NCBI GenBank assembly: GCA_902562135.1
Contig: CACESE010000006.1
Location: 7,231-71,230 of the forward strand
Length of the DNA stretch: 64,000 nt
Source of the DNA: an uncultured SAR86 cluster bacterium
Lineage (GTDB): Bacteria > Pseudomonadota > Gammaproteobacteria > Magnimaribacterales > AG-339-G14
Direction: 5' to 3'
Made by a program: the position numbers and the translations under genes. Positions 41,260-51,619 of this stretch are shown one piece after another. How positions within the stretch are numbered: position 1 is the first letter of the stretch; each line of letters opens with the position of its first letter. The notes below the pieces were generated by a model, which was not told where the DNA came from, did no database searches, and worked only from the letters and a program-made list of their open reading frames with translations.

Positions 41260-41961
41260 ATGGAATATGTTCTAGCTACCAACGATTATGTTGGTATTTC
41301 TTTTTGGCTAGCCACAGCTATAATGCTTGCTTCTACTGTATTTTTCTTTATTGAAAGATCTGACGTTAAAGGTAAGTGGAAAACTTCTTTGACTGTTGCA
41401 GGTTTAGTTACTGGTATAGCTTTTTGGCATTATTTGTATATGAGAGACGTATGGGTAATGGTTGGTGATACACCTACTGTCTACCGATACATCGATTGGT
41501 TAATTACCGTACCTCTACAAATAATTGAATTTTATTTAGTTATTGCTGCTGTTACAGCAATTAGCGCTGCCATCTTTTGGAAGCTTTTAACTGCATCAAT
41601 TGTGATGCTTGTTTTTGGTTATCTCGGAGAAACTGGATTAATGGATGTAACTCTTGGTTGGGTGATCGGAATGATTGCTTGGCTATACATCATTTATGAA
41701 ATCTTCTTTGGAGAAACTGCTAAAGCTAATGCCGGAAGTGGAAATGCAGCCAGTCAACAAGCATTTACAACAATTAAATGGATTGTGACTGTAGGTTGGG
41801 CAATATACCCATTGGGATATGCAATTGGATATTTCGGTGGCGGAGTAGATGCTAATTCATTGAATATTATCTACAACTTGGCTGACTTAATTAACAAAAC
41901 AGCATTTGGTTTAGCTATCTGGGCTGCTGCTAAAGCAGATTCAGAAAGTTCCTACGCTTAA
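41260..41961 (+). CDS. Proteorhodopsin, DTE proton pump, blue-tuned (Q105)
   Basis: WHYLYM (His75), RYIDWLITVPLQIIEF (D97/T101/Q105/E108), YNLADLINK (retinal Lys). Confidence 0.96.
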   Translation: MEYVLATNDYVGISFWLATAIMLASTVFFFIERSDVKGKWKTSLTVAGLVTGIAFWHYLYMRDVWVMVGDTPTVYRYIDWLITVPLQIIEFYLVIAAVTAISAAIFWKLLTASIVMLVFGYLGETGLMDVTLGWVIGMIAWLYIIYEIFFGETAKANAGSGNAASQQAFTTIKWIVTVGWAIYPLGYAIGYFGGGVDANSLNIIYNLADLINKTAFGLAIWAAAKADSESSYA

Positions 41962-41974
41962 AGGAAAAAAAACC

Positions 41975-42010
41975 AAAAAAAACTCCGGCATAAAGCCGGA
42001 GTTTTTTTTT
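41975..42010. terminator. Bidirectional intrinsic terminator
   Basis: A8-CTCCGGC-ATAAA-GCCGGAG-T9. Confidence 0.9.
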
Positions 42011-42046
42011 GGAGCTTCTTGTGAATCTCCCCCGTACACAAGAAGC
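41975..42046 (-). ncRNA. Candidate ~70-nt small RNA convergent with proteorhodopsin
   Basis: Minus-strand TTGACC-N17-TATCTT promoter (42080-42052). The predicted start at 42046 is the base of a perfect 10-bp hairpin, followed by the terminator. Confidence 0.5.
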
Positions 42047-42174
42047 AATATAAGATATAAAAAAAATCTATCAAGGTCAAAACTTTTATTAATTTTTTTT
42101 TATTTTGCATTTCATATTTTTTATTTAAAGTAAAGGTTGATTCGGATTTTCATAATATGTAAATTAATAGGCCT

Positions 42175-42250
42175 GCGATTGTAGCTCAGTTGGTAGAGCG
42201 CGACCTTGCCAAGGTCGAGGCCACGGGTTCGAACCCCGTCAATCGCTCCA
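42175..42250 (+). tRNA. tRNA-Gly(GCC)
   Basis: 76-nt cloverleaf, anticodon arm CGACC-TTGCCAA-GGTCG, CCA end. Confidence 0.96.
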
Positions 42251-42264
42251 ATTTCAAAAAAATA

Positions 42265-43194
42265 ATGAAACCATTTTTAATTTCTTTATTACTTATCTTT
42301 AGTTTCTATTCATATAGCGATGCTTGTGAACATTCTAAGTGGGGAGAAGGTGATGAATTGGGTAATGCGAACCTACTTACAAAAGAATTAGTTCTTGAGG
42401 CTTCAGATTTAATTAAAACTGGAAAAGTATATAGTTTAGGCTTAGTCATAGATCAGAATACTCCAGCTTATCCTCCAAGATCTTTAAGTTTGAGTGTGGT
42501 TCAGCCTACCCAACAGTTTGGTAAATTAGGGTTACCCAATGCGACTTACAACGACGACATGTTTCATGGTTGGTTAGGTATAGGTTCTCAAATTGATGGT
42601 CTTGGACACATCGGAGGGACCGATGCAATTTTTTATAATTGTCATGATGGTAAAGAATTTTCTGAAACAACCGGGTTAACCAAGTTAGGAATTGAAAAAA
42701 TTCCTCCAATTGTTACAAGAGGTGTTTTAGTAGACATGGCTAGATTCTTTAAAAAAGATTTTCTAGAGGCTGGAGAGACTTTCGATGTTGAAGATGTGAT
42801 TGAAGCTCTTGAACTTCAAGACGTCACAATTGAAGAAGGAGATGTCGTTATATTCCACACTGGTTGGACCGAAGCAAAATATTTTTCCGATCCTGAATTA
42901 TGGGGTTCAGGAACGCCAGGGCCTACCGGAGAGGTTTCTTCATTCCTAGCCTCAAAAAATGTTGTTGCAGCTGGAGCAGATACTTGGTCATATGATGTTG
43001 TTCCTCCAATTGATTTAAATGAGCCTTATCCCGGACATCAAATACTTTTAAAAGAAAATGGGATATACATCTTAGAAGCTATGAGTACAGGCGAGCTTGC
43101 GAAAGATAATGTTTATGAGTTTTTGTTTGTACTAGGTCAGGCTAAGGTTAGGGGAGCGGTTCAAATGATAATTAATCCTATAGCTATAAATTAG
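42265..43194 (+). CDS. Secreted cyclase / kynurenine formamidase-like family protein
   Basis: Signal peptide MKPFLISLLL, WGEGDELG, GSQIDGLGH, RGVLVD, GDVVIFHTGW; start moved downstream of the tRNA. Confidence 0.85.
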   Translation: MKPFLISLLLIFSFYSYSDACEHSKWGEGDELGNANLLTKELVLEASDLIKTGKVYSLGLVIDQNTPAYPPRSLSLSVVQPTQQFGKLGLPNATYNDDMFHGWLGIGSQIDGLGHIGGTDAIFYNCHDGKEFSETTGLTKLGIEKIPPIVTRGVLVDMARFFKKDFLEAGETFDVEDVIEALELQDVTIEEGDVVIFHTGWTEAKYFSDPELWGSGTPGPTGEVSSFLASKNVVAAGADTWSYDVVPPIDLNEPYPGHQILLKENGIYILEAMSTGELAKDNVYEFLFVLGQAKVRGAVQMIINPIAIN

Positions 43195-43832
43195 ACAGAA
43201 TCCAAATCATCCGCAATTAAGTGATTTTTATCACGATGCCCAGCTTCATCATTTCTAACTGCAATGACTACGTCTCTCAAAGTTGCGTCTTTTGATAAAT
43301 TCCAATAGTTGATAGCAATTTCAGGAGCTTGGGTATTTTCTATTTGACCTTTATCAATTTCATCTAAATATTCGGTATAGGAGATAACAGCCTCTTCTTC
43401 AAAATATCCAATCATTCTGTGAGCGGTTCGGTTGAAGAAAATGTATAAAAAAGTATAAAAAGTTCCAAATCCTATTTGGGCAAGAAAGATTAAAAATCTT
43501 TCGAAAGTTGATGGTTGTGCTATTTCTATAAAAGTCATTAGATGCATTCTTTCATTTTCAGCTTCCTCTAACATTTCTCTAATTAAACCATTATCATCTT
43601 GCATTCTTCTTAAGGAGCGTAAATGGTGAACTACTCCGGCAACCATTCCTGGGACTGCAGCAACAGTTTCTAAAACAACTGCTCGGTGACCATATCTTTT
43701 TTTAAAAAGGAAATCGGCTGAGTTCCTTAGAAACTTTGTGATCCCAAGGGCAAAGGAATCACTAATGGATATAGGTAACTTGTGTCCAGCTATTTCGTTT
43801 TTCATATTTGGAGGTAATTCCTGATTTAACAT
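43191..43832 (-). CDS. aox: Alternative (ubiquinol) oxidase
   Basis: LETVAAVPGMV, EAENERMHLMTF, GYFEEEAVISY, VRNDEAGH di-iron motifs. Confidence 0.95.
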   Translation of the reverse strand: MLNQELPPNMKNEIAGHKLPISISDSFALGITKFLRNSADFLFKKRYGHRAVVLETVAAVPGMVAGVVHHLRSLRRMQDDNGLIREMLEEAENERMHLMTFIEIAQPSTFERFLIFLAQIGFGTFYTFLYIFFNRTAHRMIGYFEEEAVISYTEYLDEIDKGQIENTQAPEIAINYWNLSKDATLRDVVIAVRNDEAGHRDKNHLIADDLDSV

Positions 43833-43987
43833 GATTGTATTTTATATAAGTGAAAGTTATATAAAATATTTTCAACCTTTTCTGTTGATATATATATCTA
43901 AAAGCTATATATAAAATATTCTCTCTATTAAAAAGATATATAAAAAACCACATTGCTTCAGATAATATAAATAAAAAAGGAAAAATT

Positions 43988-44791
43988 ATGAGCGAAGTAG
44001 TAAATGAAATTAACGAATCTGGAGTAATGGTGGTTAAGTTAAATAGACCAGAAAGCTTAAATAGTTTGAACTATGGTCTTGTTACTGGAGTAATCGAAGC
44101 TTTTGATGAAGCATCATCTAATGAAAAAGTTAGGGCAGTTATTCTAACTGGTGAAGGTAGAGGGTTTTGTTCAGGCGCTGATTTAAGCGGCGGTGGATGG
44201 CCAACTGAACCAGAATGGTCTACAGGTGAAATTTCAGCAAAAAACATGGAGTTTTATTTAAATCCAATGATAAAAAAAATAGTTAACTGTCCAAAGCCCG
44301 TTGTTAACGCCATAAATGGTATTGCCGCCGGAGGAGGAGTAGGTTTGGCTCTGAGTGGAGATATTTTAATAGCTGCTAAGTCAGCTAGGTTTAAGTTAGT
44401 ATTTGGTAAACAACTAGGAATTATTTCTGATGTTGGCGCTTCTTGGTTCGTTCCGAAATTAATTTCCAGAGCTAGAGCAAACGCTCTTGCTTTACTCGGA
44501 GAAGACCTTCATGCCGAGCAAGCAGAAGATTGGGGACTCATTTGGAAAACTTACGAAGATGATTCTTTAATGGATGAAGCGATGAGAATTGCTTTACAAA
44601 TTTCTGATAGTGCAATCGAAGGATTAAAAGCATGCGTCCATGCTCACGACAATGCTTCTAATGTCTCTCTTGACGAACAATTGGAGTATGAAATTAAAAC
44701 TCAAAGAGTGCTCTGTGATGAACCAGCATTTAAAGAGGGAGTTTTAGCTTTTTTAGAAAAAAGAAAGCCAAATTTTAGGAATTTGAAATAG
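43988..44791 (+). CDS. Enoyl-CoA hydratase/isomerase (crotonase, PaaG-like)
   Basis: LNRPESLNSL, FCSGADL, NGIAAGGG, EGVLAFLEKRKP. Confidence 0.88.
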   Translation: MSEVVNEINESGVMVVKLNRPESLNSLNYGLVTGVIEAFDEASSNEKVRAVILTGEGRGFCSGADLSGGGWPTEPEWSTGEISAKNMEFYLNPMIKKIVNCPKPVVNAINGIAAGGGVGLALSGDILIAAKSARFKLVFGKQLGIISDVGASWFVPKLISRARANALALLGEDLHAEQAEDWGLIWKTYEDDSLMDEAMRIALQISDSAIEGLKACVHAHDNASNVSLDEQLEYEIKTQRVLCDEPAFKEGVLAFLEKRKPNFRNLK

Positions 44792-45911
44792 AGATTTTAT
44801 TTAATATTTCTAGATAAATTTTACTAAGTTCTTCTAAATCTTTCACAGAAACATTTTCATCAATTTTGTGAATTGATTCATTTAGAGGTCCTAGCTCAAC
44901 TATTTCAGCGTCCATAACAGGCATAAATCTTCCATCTGATGTACCGCCCCCGTTATTGATTACAGGTTCCCTGCCCAAAACCTTTTTTATTGAATCAATC
45001 ACTAAGTCTACAAAAAAGGTTTTTGTAGTTAAAAATGGAAGCCCACTGAGATTCCATTCAACTTTGTAATCAACCTTATGAGAATCTAAAATCTTTTCAA
45101 ATTCACTTATCAAACCTTCACTAGTTGATTCTGAACAGAATCTAAAATTAAAATCCATTTCTAATTCTCCGGGCACAATATTTCCAGCTCCAGTTCCAGA
45201 TTTAATATTGGAGATTTGAAACGAAGTAGGTTGGAAATGATCATTACCAGCATCCCATTTCTTCTCTCTTAGTTCTGTGATGATGTCGGAAATTAAAAAA
45301 ATTGGATTAATTATTTTCTCTGGATATGCAATGTGGCCTTGCTTCCCAATAACTTTTAACTTTCCGCTTAAAGAGCCTCTTCTACCAATTCGAATTGTGT
45401 CTCCAACCTTTTCAGAGGATGAAGGTTCTCCGACCAAGCAGTAATCTATTTTTTCTCCTCTTTGAATGAGTTTATCAAGCAGCACATCTATGAAACCATC
45501 AGATGATTCTCCTTCCTCATTACTAGTTAATAAAATAGCTATTCTGAAGTTTTTATCCTCTTTAGTTTTAATAAATTCACTGAGGGCTTTTATGAAAGCG
45601 CAAATATTCCCTTTCATATCTGCTGCTCCCCGACCAAAAATTTTTCCATCAACTTTTTTTCCAGAAAATGGAGGATGGGTCCATAATTCTTCTGGCCCTG
45701 TCGGCACAACATCGGTATGCCCAAGAAAACAAAATGTAGGACCGTCATTACCGTAAACAGAATAAAGGTTTTCAACGTTTTTGTAGTCGATTCTTTCAGA
45801 CTTGAAACCAAGATCAGTCAAAATTGGTTCAATAATATCGAAACATCCTTTATCTCTAGGAGATATAGACTCAATTTTTATTAGGTCGGTTATTAAATTT
45901 TCAAGGTTCAT
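44775..45911 (-). CDS. dapE: Succinyl-diaminopimelate desuccinylase
   Basis: GHTDVVPTG, GRGAADMK, GEPSS, GRRGSL, QGHIAYP, GGTSDGRF. Confidence 0.95.
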   Translation of the reverse strand: MNLENLITDLIKIESISPRDKGCFDIIEPILTDLGFKSERIDYKNVENLYSVYGNDGPTFCFLGHTDVVPTGPEELWTHPPFSGKKVDGKIFGRGAADMKGNICAFIKALSEFIKTKEDKNFRIAILLTSNEEGESSDGFIDVLLDKLIQRGEKIDYCLVGEPSSSEKVGDTIRIGRRGSLSGKLKVIGKQGHIAYPEKIINPIFLISDIITELREKKWDAGNDHFQPTSFQISNIKSGTGAGNIVPGELEMDFNFRFCSESTSEGLISEFEKILDSHKVDYKVEWNLSGLPFLTTKTFFVDLVIDSIKKVLGREPVINNGGGTSDGRFMPVMDAEIVELGPLNESIHKIDENVSVKDLEELSKIYLEILNKISISNS

Positions 45912-46003
45912 TTTTTGTAAGTCTAAAACATTTTTAACTATTTATTAAAAAAATTTTTTTTCACTGGTAGAATATTTTTTTAACTTATAAAAGAAGGGAA
46001 TAT

Positions 46004-48172
46004 ATGACTGAATATGTAGATAAAGGTAATTTAAAAGTTTCTAAAAACTTAGACAATCTGATAAGCGAAAAAGTTTGTCATTCTATTGACCTCACACCAG
46101 AAGCTTTTTGGGGCAAATTTGAAGAAATTCTTAATAAGTTTTCACCCGTTAACAAAGAGCTTTTAGAAAAAAGAGAATCCCTTCAGAAACAAATTGATAG
46201 CTGGCATATAACTAATAAAGACAAGAATTTTGATAAAGAGGCCTACAAAGACTTTCTTAAAGAGATTGGATATCTATTAGACGAGGGAGATGATTTTTCT
46301 ATTGAAACAGAAAATGTAGATCCAGAGATATCTACAATCGCCGGACCTCAACTTGTAGTTCCAGTAATGAATGCAAGGTTTGCTTTGAATGCTGCAAATG
46401 CCAGATGGGGAAGTTTATATGATGCATTATATGGAACCGATGTTATTTCTGAAGCAGGTGGTGCAGAGCGGGGAAGTGCTTACAATTCGACTAGAGGGAA
46501 TAAAGTAATTGAATTTTCAAAAAAGTTTCTTGATGAGACTTTTCCTTTGACGTCTGGAAGCTTTGCTGACATTACGGCATTCCAAGTTAAAGACGGAAAG
46601 TTGCAAATAACTCTTGCAGATCAAAGTCAAGTTTCTATTGACGATGATTCAAAATTTGTCGGCTTCGTAGGAACAGAAGATAACCCAACTGGTATTTTAT
46701 TAAAAAATAATAATCTTCATATGGAAATTCAAATCGATCGAACTGATAACATTGGATCAGAAGATCCAGCTGGTATCAAAGATGTTTTGGTAGAGAGTGC
46801 AATAACAACAATTCAAGATTGCGAGGATTCGGTAGCAGCTGTTGATGGGGAAGATAAAGCTCAAGTTTATGAAAATTGGTTGGGTTTGATGAAAGGCGAT
46901 TTAGCAGAAACTTTTCAAAAAAATGATCAAACTATGACGCGAGTTCTCAATCAGGATAGAGATTATTTAAAACCCGAAGGAGATTCCTTTTCTTTACCTG
47001 GTAGAAGTACATTATTGGTTAGAAATGTTGGACACTTAATGACTAATCCAGCTATTTTAGATCAAGACGGAAATGAAGTTTTTGAAGGAATTATGGATGC
47101 GATGTTCACCATTGCTATTGCAAAACACGATCTTTTGAATACAGGAACAACAATAAATAGTAAAACCAAAAGTATTTATATTGTGAAACCTAAAATGCAC
47201 GGTCCTGAGGAGGTTAAATTTACTTGTGATTTATTTGCTGCTGTCGAATCTGCTTTGGGCTTAGAGCCTCTGACTGTAAAAATTGGAATAATGGATGAGG
47301 AAAGAAGAACTACTGTGAATTTAAAAGAATGTATCAGAATAGCTAAGGATAGAGTTATTTTTATTAATACTGGCTTTTTAGACAGAACTGGTGATGAAAT
47401 TCATACAAGTATTGAAGCTGGTCCGATGATAAAGAAATCTGAGATGAAGCAACAAACTTGGATAAATGCTTACGAGAATTGGAATGTTGATACTGGCTTG
47501 GAAACAGGTTTCAAAGGTAAAGCTCAAATTGGAAAGGGGATGTGGGCAATGCCTGATGAAATGCTGGCAATGTATGAAGGTAAAACTAACCATCCCGAAG
47601 CAGGCGCTAATTGCGCATGGGTTCCGTCGCCAACAGCAGCAACACTGCATGCGTTGCACTATCATCAAATAAGTGTCTCAAAAGTCCAAGAAAATCTTTT
47701 GACACAACAAAAAGCAGATCTCGACGATATTCTTGAAATTCCTTTGCTAAAAAATCCCGACTCATTAACGTCTGATGAGATTCAAAGTGAATTAGATAAT
47801 AACGCTCAAGGTATTCTAGGATATGTTGTTCGTTGGATTGATCAAGGCGTTGGTTGTTCAAAAGTACCTGACATAAACAATATAGGCCTTATGGAAGATA
47901 GAGCTACGTGCAGAATCTCTAGCCAACACATAGCTAACTGGTTATTACATGGCTTATGCGATGAATCTCAAGTTATAGAAACCATGAAAAAAATGGCTGT
48001 TGTTGTAGACCAACAAAATTCTGGAGATCCTAAGTACATACCCATGGCTCCAAATTTTGACGGTGAAGCTTTCAAGGCTGCTTGCGCTTTAGTTCTAGAA
48101 GGAAGAAATCAGCCAAGCGGTTATACAGAACCAATTTTACATTCCAAGCGTTTAGATTTTAAAGCTCAGTGA
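46004..48172 (+). CDS. glcB: Malate synthase G
   Basis: [45 protein letters not shown]. Confidence 0.97.
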   Translation: MTEYVDKGNLKVSKNLDNLISEKVCHSIDLTPEAFWGKFEEILNKFSPVNKELLEKRESLQKQIDSWHITNKDKNFDKEAYKDFLKEIGYLLDEGDDFSIETENVDPEISTIAGPQLVVPVMNARFALNAANARWGSLYDALYGTDVISEAGGAERGSAYNSTRGNKVIEFSKKFLDETFPLTSGSFADITAFQVKDGKLQITLADQSQVSIDDDSKFVGFVGTEDNPTGILLKNNNLHMEIQIDRTDNIGSEDPAGIKDVLVESAITTIQDCEDSVAAVDGEDKAQVYENWLGLMKGDLAETFQKNDQTMTRVLNQDRDYLKPEGDSFSLPGRSTLLVRNVGHLMTNPAILDQDGNEVFEGIMDAMFTIAIAKHDLLNTGTTINSKTKSIYIVKPKMHGPEEVKFTCDLFAAVESALGLEPLTVKIGIMDEERRTTVNLKECIRIAKDRVIFINTGFLDRTGDEIHTSIEAGPMIKKSEMKQQTWINAYENWNVDTGLETGFKGKAQIGKGMWAMPDEMLAMYEGKTNHPEAGANCAWVPSPTAATLHALHYHQISVSKVQENLLTQQKADLDDILEIPLLKNPDSLTSDEIQSELDNNAQGILGYVVRWIDQGVGCSKVPDINNIGLMEDRATCRISSQHIANWLLHGLCDESQVIETMKKMAVVVDQQNSGDPKYIPMAPNFDGEAFKAACALVLEGRNQPSGYTEPILHSKRLDFKAQ

Positions 48173-49173
48173 GCTCATTAGAAGATCATCTCAAATGGTT
48201 AAATCTTCATAATGAAGAAACTATTGATCCGGAAAGACCAATAATTGACCCCCACCATCATTTTTGGCCAGGTGACTTACATTATCTCCTTGATGATCTA
48301 AGGTTAGATACAGAGAGCGGCCATAATATAAAGAAGACAGTTTTTATTGAATGTTCCCAAGAATACTTAGAAGAGGGCGATCAGGATTTTGCACCTGTTG
48401 GAGAAACAATATTTGTAAAAAAAATTTGTGATGCCGCAAAAGAGGAAAGCCAAAGAACTCAGATCGAAGGGATTGTAGGCCATGTTAATTTACTAATTGG
48501 AGCTGAAAAAACTAAGTCTGTCCTCAAAAGTCATCTCAAAGAGGGCGGGGATTTATTTAAAGGAATACGTCACGCAGGAGGTTGGGATCACCATTATGAA
48601 TTGTCTAACTCACATCACAACCCTCCAAAAAATCTATATTCTGATGAGACTTTTCTCGAGAGTCTTAATGAACTAAGCAACATGAATCTGTCCTTTGAAG
48701 CTTGGCAATACCATCATCAAGTTAATCAAGTGAGAAAAATAGCAGAAACCCTCCCAAATTTGAAAATCGTATTAAATCATTTCAGTGGGCCTATAGGAAT
48801 TGGCCCCTATGCAACGAAAAAAGAAGAAATTTTTGAGGTATGGAAAACTGACATACTTAAGCTATCTAAATGTGAAAACGTTTATGCAAAGTTAGGCGGA
48901 ATGGCAATGCCTATAAATGGCTACGAGTTTCATAAACAAGCATCGCCAACAACTTCCGACCAATTGATCCAAGAACAGGAACATTATTACCATTTTTTAA
49001 TTAAGAGTTTCGGGGCAGAAAGATGTATGTTTGAAAGTAATTTTCCAGTCGATAAGCAATCCATTTCTTATAACGTTCTTTGGAATGCTTTTAAAAAAAT
49101 GGCTGACAGATACAACAGTGAAGAAAAAGACCAAATGTTTTATAAAACTGCTCAGAGTTTTTACAAGCTTTGA
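48169..49173 (+). CDS. Amidohydrolase family 2 protein
   Basis: [22 protein letters not shown]. Confidence 0.88.
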   Translation: MSSLEDHLKWLNLHNEETIDPERPIIDPHHHFWPGDLHYLLDDLRLDTESGHNIKKTVFIECSQEYLEEGDQDFAPVGETIFVKKICDAAKEESQRTQIEGIVGHVNLLIGAEKTKSVLKSHLKEGGDLFKGIRHAGGWDHHYELSNSHHNPPKNLYSDETFLESLNELSNMNLSFEAWQYHHQVNQVRKIAETLPNLKIVLNHFSGPIGIGPYATKKEEIFEVWKTDILKLSKCENVYAKLGGMAMPINGYEFHKQASPTTSDQLIQEQEHYYHFLIKSFGAERCMFESNFPVDKQSISYNVLWNAFKKMADRYNSEEKDQMFYKTAQSFYKL

Positions 49174-50271
49174 TTACTGATTAAAACCTTGTAATTCAGC
49201 GGCTTCTTCTCTGACAATTTCGGGCGCTCCAAGAATTTGACGATTCAAGCCAATTCTTTTAAACCAATAATGAAGTCCCAGAAGGTCAGTAAAGCCCATA
49301 CCCCCATGAACTTCTGTAGCCTTCTTTGAAATCATTTTCCCAACTTCAGAGGTATGTGATTTTGACTGACAAGCGAGTAATCTTGACGAGCTAACTTCTT
49401 CGGTATCGAACGAATGGGCAGCTTGCCAAACTAAAGAATAACAAGGTTCCAGATCTGCAGCCATTTCAGCACACATGTGTTTTACTGCTTGAAAAGAACC
49501 TATAGTTCGATTGAATTGTTTACGTTCTTTAGAATAAGTAACAGCTTTTTCTACCATAGCTTCGGATGCACCTACCGTATCTGCAGCAAGAATTATTCTT
49601 CCTGCGTCAACAACTTTTTTTGCAATTTCATTGTTTTCTTCAGTTAAAGCCAAAATTTCAGCGTTCACATTCTCTAGTAAGATTTCATGAAATGAGCGTG
49701 TTTTATCAACTGTAGTCAATTTGTTTATTTTCACTCCTTTTTCTTTAGCATTGATGATAAAAATATTTCCTGACTTATTTGAAAGAATTATAAAGTCTGA
49801 TTTTTCTGCGTCTAAAACAAATAAAGCTCGACCATTTAATTTATTTTTAGAAAATTCAATTCCTGCGTCTTCTCTAGCCCCGACAAATTCGGTCATGCCA
49901 ACGCCAAACCTTATTTCGTTATTAGCAATCTTAGGTAAGTAATTATTTTTTTGTTCCTCATTTCCGCCAAGATTAATTGCAATTGGAGCCATAACATATG
50001 ATCCTACAAAAGGAATTGGACCAACTCCAGACCCCAAAGCTTGTGCCACCGCCACCGCATGCAAAAGACCAGCGCCTAATCCATTATGCTTTTCTGGAAT
50101 AAGAAGGGTATTAATACCAAGACTCAAAATACCCTCAATAATGTTTTTTTCTAATTCCTCACCTTCACCATTTGCAATTTTACGAATTTCGTCAACAGTT
50201 GAGTTGTCGGCAAGAAATTTTTTTACAAAATCTTGGATAGATTCTTGTTCTTCAGATAACCCAAAATACAT
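49174..50271 (-). CDS. Acyl-CoA dehydrogenase (short partner subunit)
   Basis: RKQFNRTIGSFQAVKH, VHGGMGFT. Confidence 0.88.
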   Translation of the reverse strand: MYFGLSEEQESIQDFVKKFLADNSTVDEIRKIANGEGEELEKNIIEGILSLGINTLLIPEKHNGLGAGLLHAVAVAQALGSGVGPIPFVGSYVMAPIAINLGGNEEQKNNYLPKIANNEIRFGVGMTEFVGAREDAGIEFSKNKLNGRALFVLDAEKSDFIILSNKSGNIFIINAKEKGVKINKLTTVDKTRSFHEILLENVNAEILALTEENNEIAKKVVDAGRIILAADTVGASEAMVEKAVTYSKERKQFNRTIGSFQAVKHMCAEMAADLEPCYSLVWQAAHSFDTEEVSSSRLLACQSKSHTSEVGKMISKKATEVHGGMGFTDLLGLHYWFKRIGLNRQILGAPEIVREEAAELQGFNQ

Positions 50272-50273
50272 TT

Positions 50274-51518
50274 TTAGACCTCTACTTGAACTTTTGGTTC
50301 CCTAGGCATTCCAAGGCCTCTTTCTGAGATGATATTTTTCTGAATCTGATTGGTACCTCCACCAATAATAAGACCCAGGAAATACATGTAAGTGAATTGC
50401 CAGGAGCCACCACCTCGAACATTTGGGTCGTCTTCATATAGAGTTCCTAGTTCCCCCATAATGTCGATAGCAAGACCCTCCAATTCGTGACGTAATTCAG
50501 TACCAACCAACTTTTGAATCATGCCCCCAAGTTTCACATTTTGTCCTGGATTAATTTTTGCAGAAAGTAGTCTTAAAGAATGCGCTTGAGCTGCCAAAAC
50601 TTTCCCTTGCACTTGAAGTAATCTGTCTCGATAAGAAGCCACATCAATTAATCTTCTACCATCAATAGTTTCTTCTTTCATAAGATTAATTAGAGAATTT
50701 AATCTATTAAGAGTTACGTTTGGATTTGCAAGTGAACCTCTCTCGTGTCCCAGCACAGAGTTCGCTACGGACCAGCCTTCACCTCTCTTCCCGACAATAT
50801 TTTCTTCTGGCACTGTGACATCGTCAAAAAAGACCTCGTTAAATCCGGCTTTTAAGGTCATATCAACTAAAGGCCTAATTTCAATACCAGGAGTATCCAT
50901 AGGAATTAAAATAAAGCTAATACCAGCATGTTTAGATGCTTCTGGTTCTGTTCTAACCAAACAAAACATCATTTGAGAGTATTGAGCCGTACTTGTCCAT
51001 ATTTTTTGACCGTTTATCACCCAGTTTCCATCAATTAGCTCTCCTTTTGTCTGCAAGCTTGCCAAATCGCTTCCGGCGTTAGGTTCGGAATATCCCTGAC
51101 ACCAAATTGTTTCACCATGCAGTGTGGATTCAATGTATTGTTTTTTTTGTTCCTCAGTTCCCCACTCTAGAAGGGTGGGAACTAGCATATCTATTCCTTG
51201 ACCGCCCATAGCATTTGGCACTTTGTACTTTGCAAATGCTCCAGCAATAATTCTGCTTTTTATAATATCTGGTTCTCCTCCATAGCCACCGTATTCTTTT
51301 GGAATAGATCGTGCAAAATAGCCTTTTTCAATAAGCAGTTTTTGCCATTCTGATCGCCCAACTGACTTACCTGATTTTTTTGATGCATTACCAGACAAAG
51401 CATCATGCATTTCGAATTTTTTATCATTGGTAGTGATAGTGGCTCCACTATATTCTTTACAAAAATCTTCTACTTCTTTGGTGAACTCGTCGTATTCAGA
51501 ACCAAACTCTAGATTCAT
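50274..51518 (-). CDS. Acyl-CoA dehydrogenase (catalytic subunit type)
   Basis: WCQGYSEPNAGSDLASL, NGQKIWTS, FNEVFF, LGHER, IGGGTNQIQKNII. Confidence 0.92.
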   Translation of the reverse strand: MNLEFGSEYDEFTKEVEDFCKEYSGATITTNDKKFEMHDALSGNASKKSGKSVGRSEWQKLLIEKGYFARSIPKEYGGYGGEPDIIKSRIIAGAFAKYKVPNAMGGQGIDMLVPTLLEWGTEEQKKQYIESTLHGETIWCQGYSEPNAGSDLASLQTKGELIDGNWVINGQKIWTSTAQYSQMMFCLVRTEPEASKHAGISFILIPMDTPGIEIRPLVDMTLKAGFNEVFFDDVTVPEENIVGKRGEGWSVANSVLGHERGSLANPNVTLNRLNSLINLMKEETIDGRRLIDVASYRDRLLQVQGKVLAAQAHSLRLLSAKINPGQNVKLGGMIQKLVGTELRHELEGLAIDIMGELGTLYEDDPNVRGGGSWQFTYMYFLGLIIGGGTNQIQKNIISERGLGMPREPKVQVEV

Positions 51519-51619
51519 AATAATCTCCTACATTTAAAGCAAAGTTATTTTATAGGTTTCCAATCAAAAAAACATTTAATTGTAATTGTTATTTTTTAAA
51601 ACAATTGTTTCTTTATTTT

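Noticed and set aside
41640-41700. Carotenoid-antenna fenestration in the proteorhodopsin
   Set aside because: The helix E position equivalent to xanthorhodopsin Gly156 appears to be Trp (LGWVIG) by eye alignment, so an antenna is unlikely
43885-43900. FNR-like TTGAT...ATCTA upstream of aox
   Set aside because: Spacer is 6 rather than 4 and the right half is imperfect
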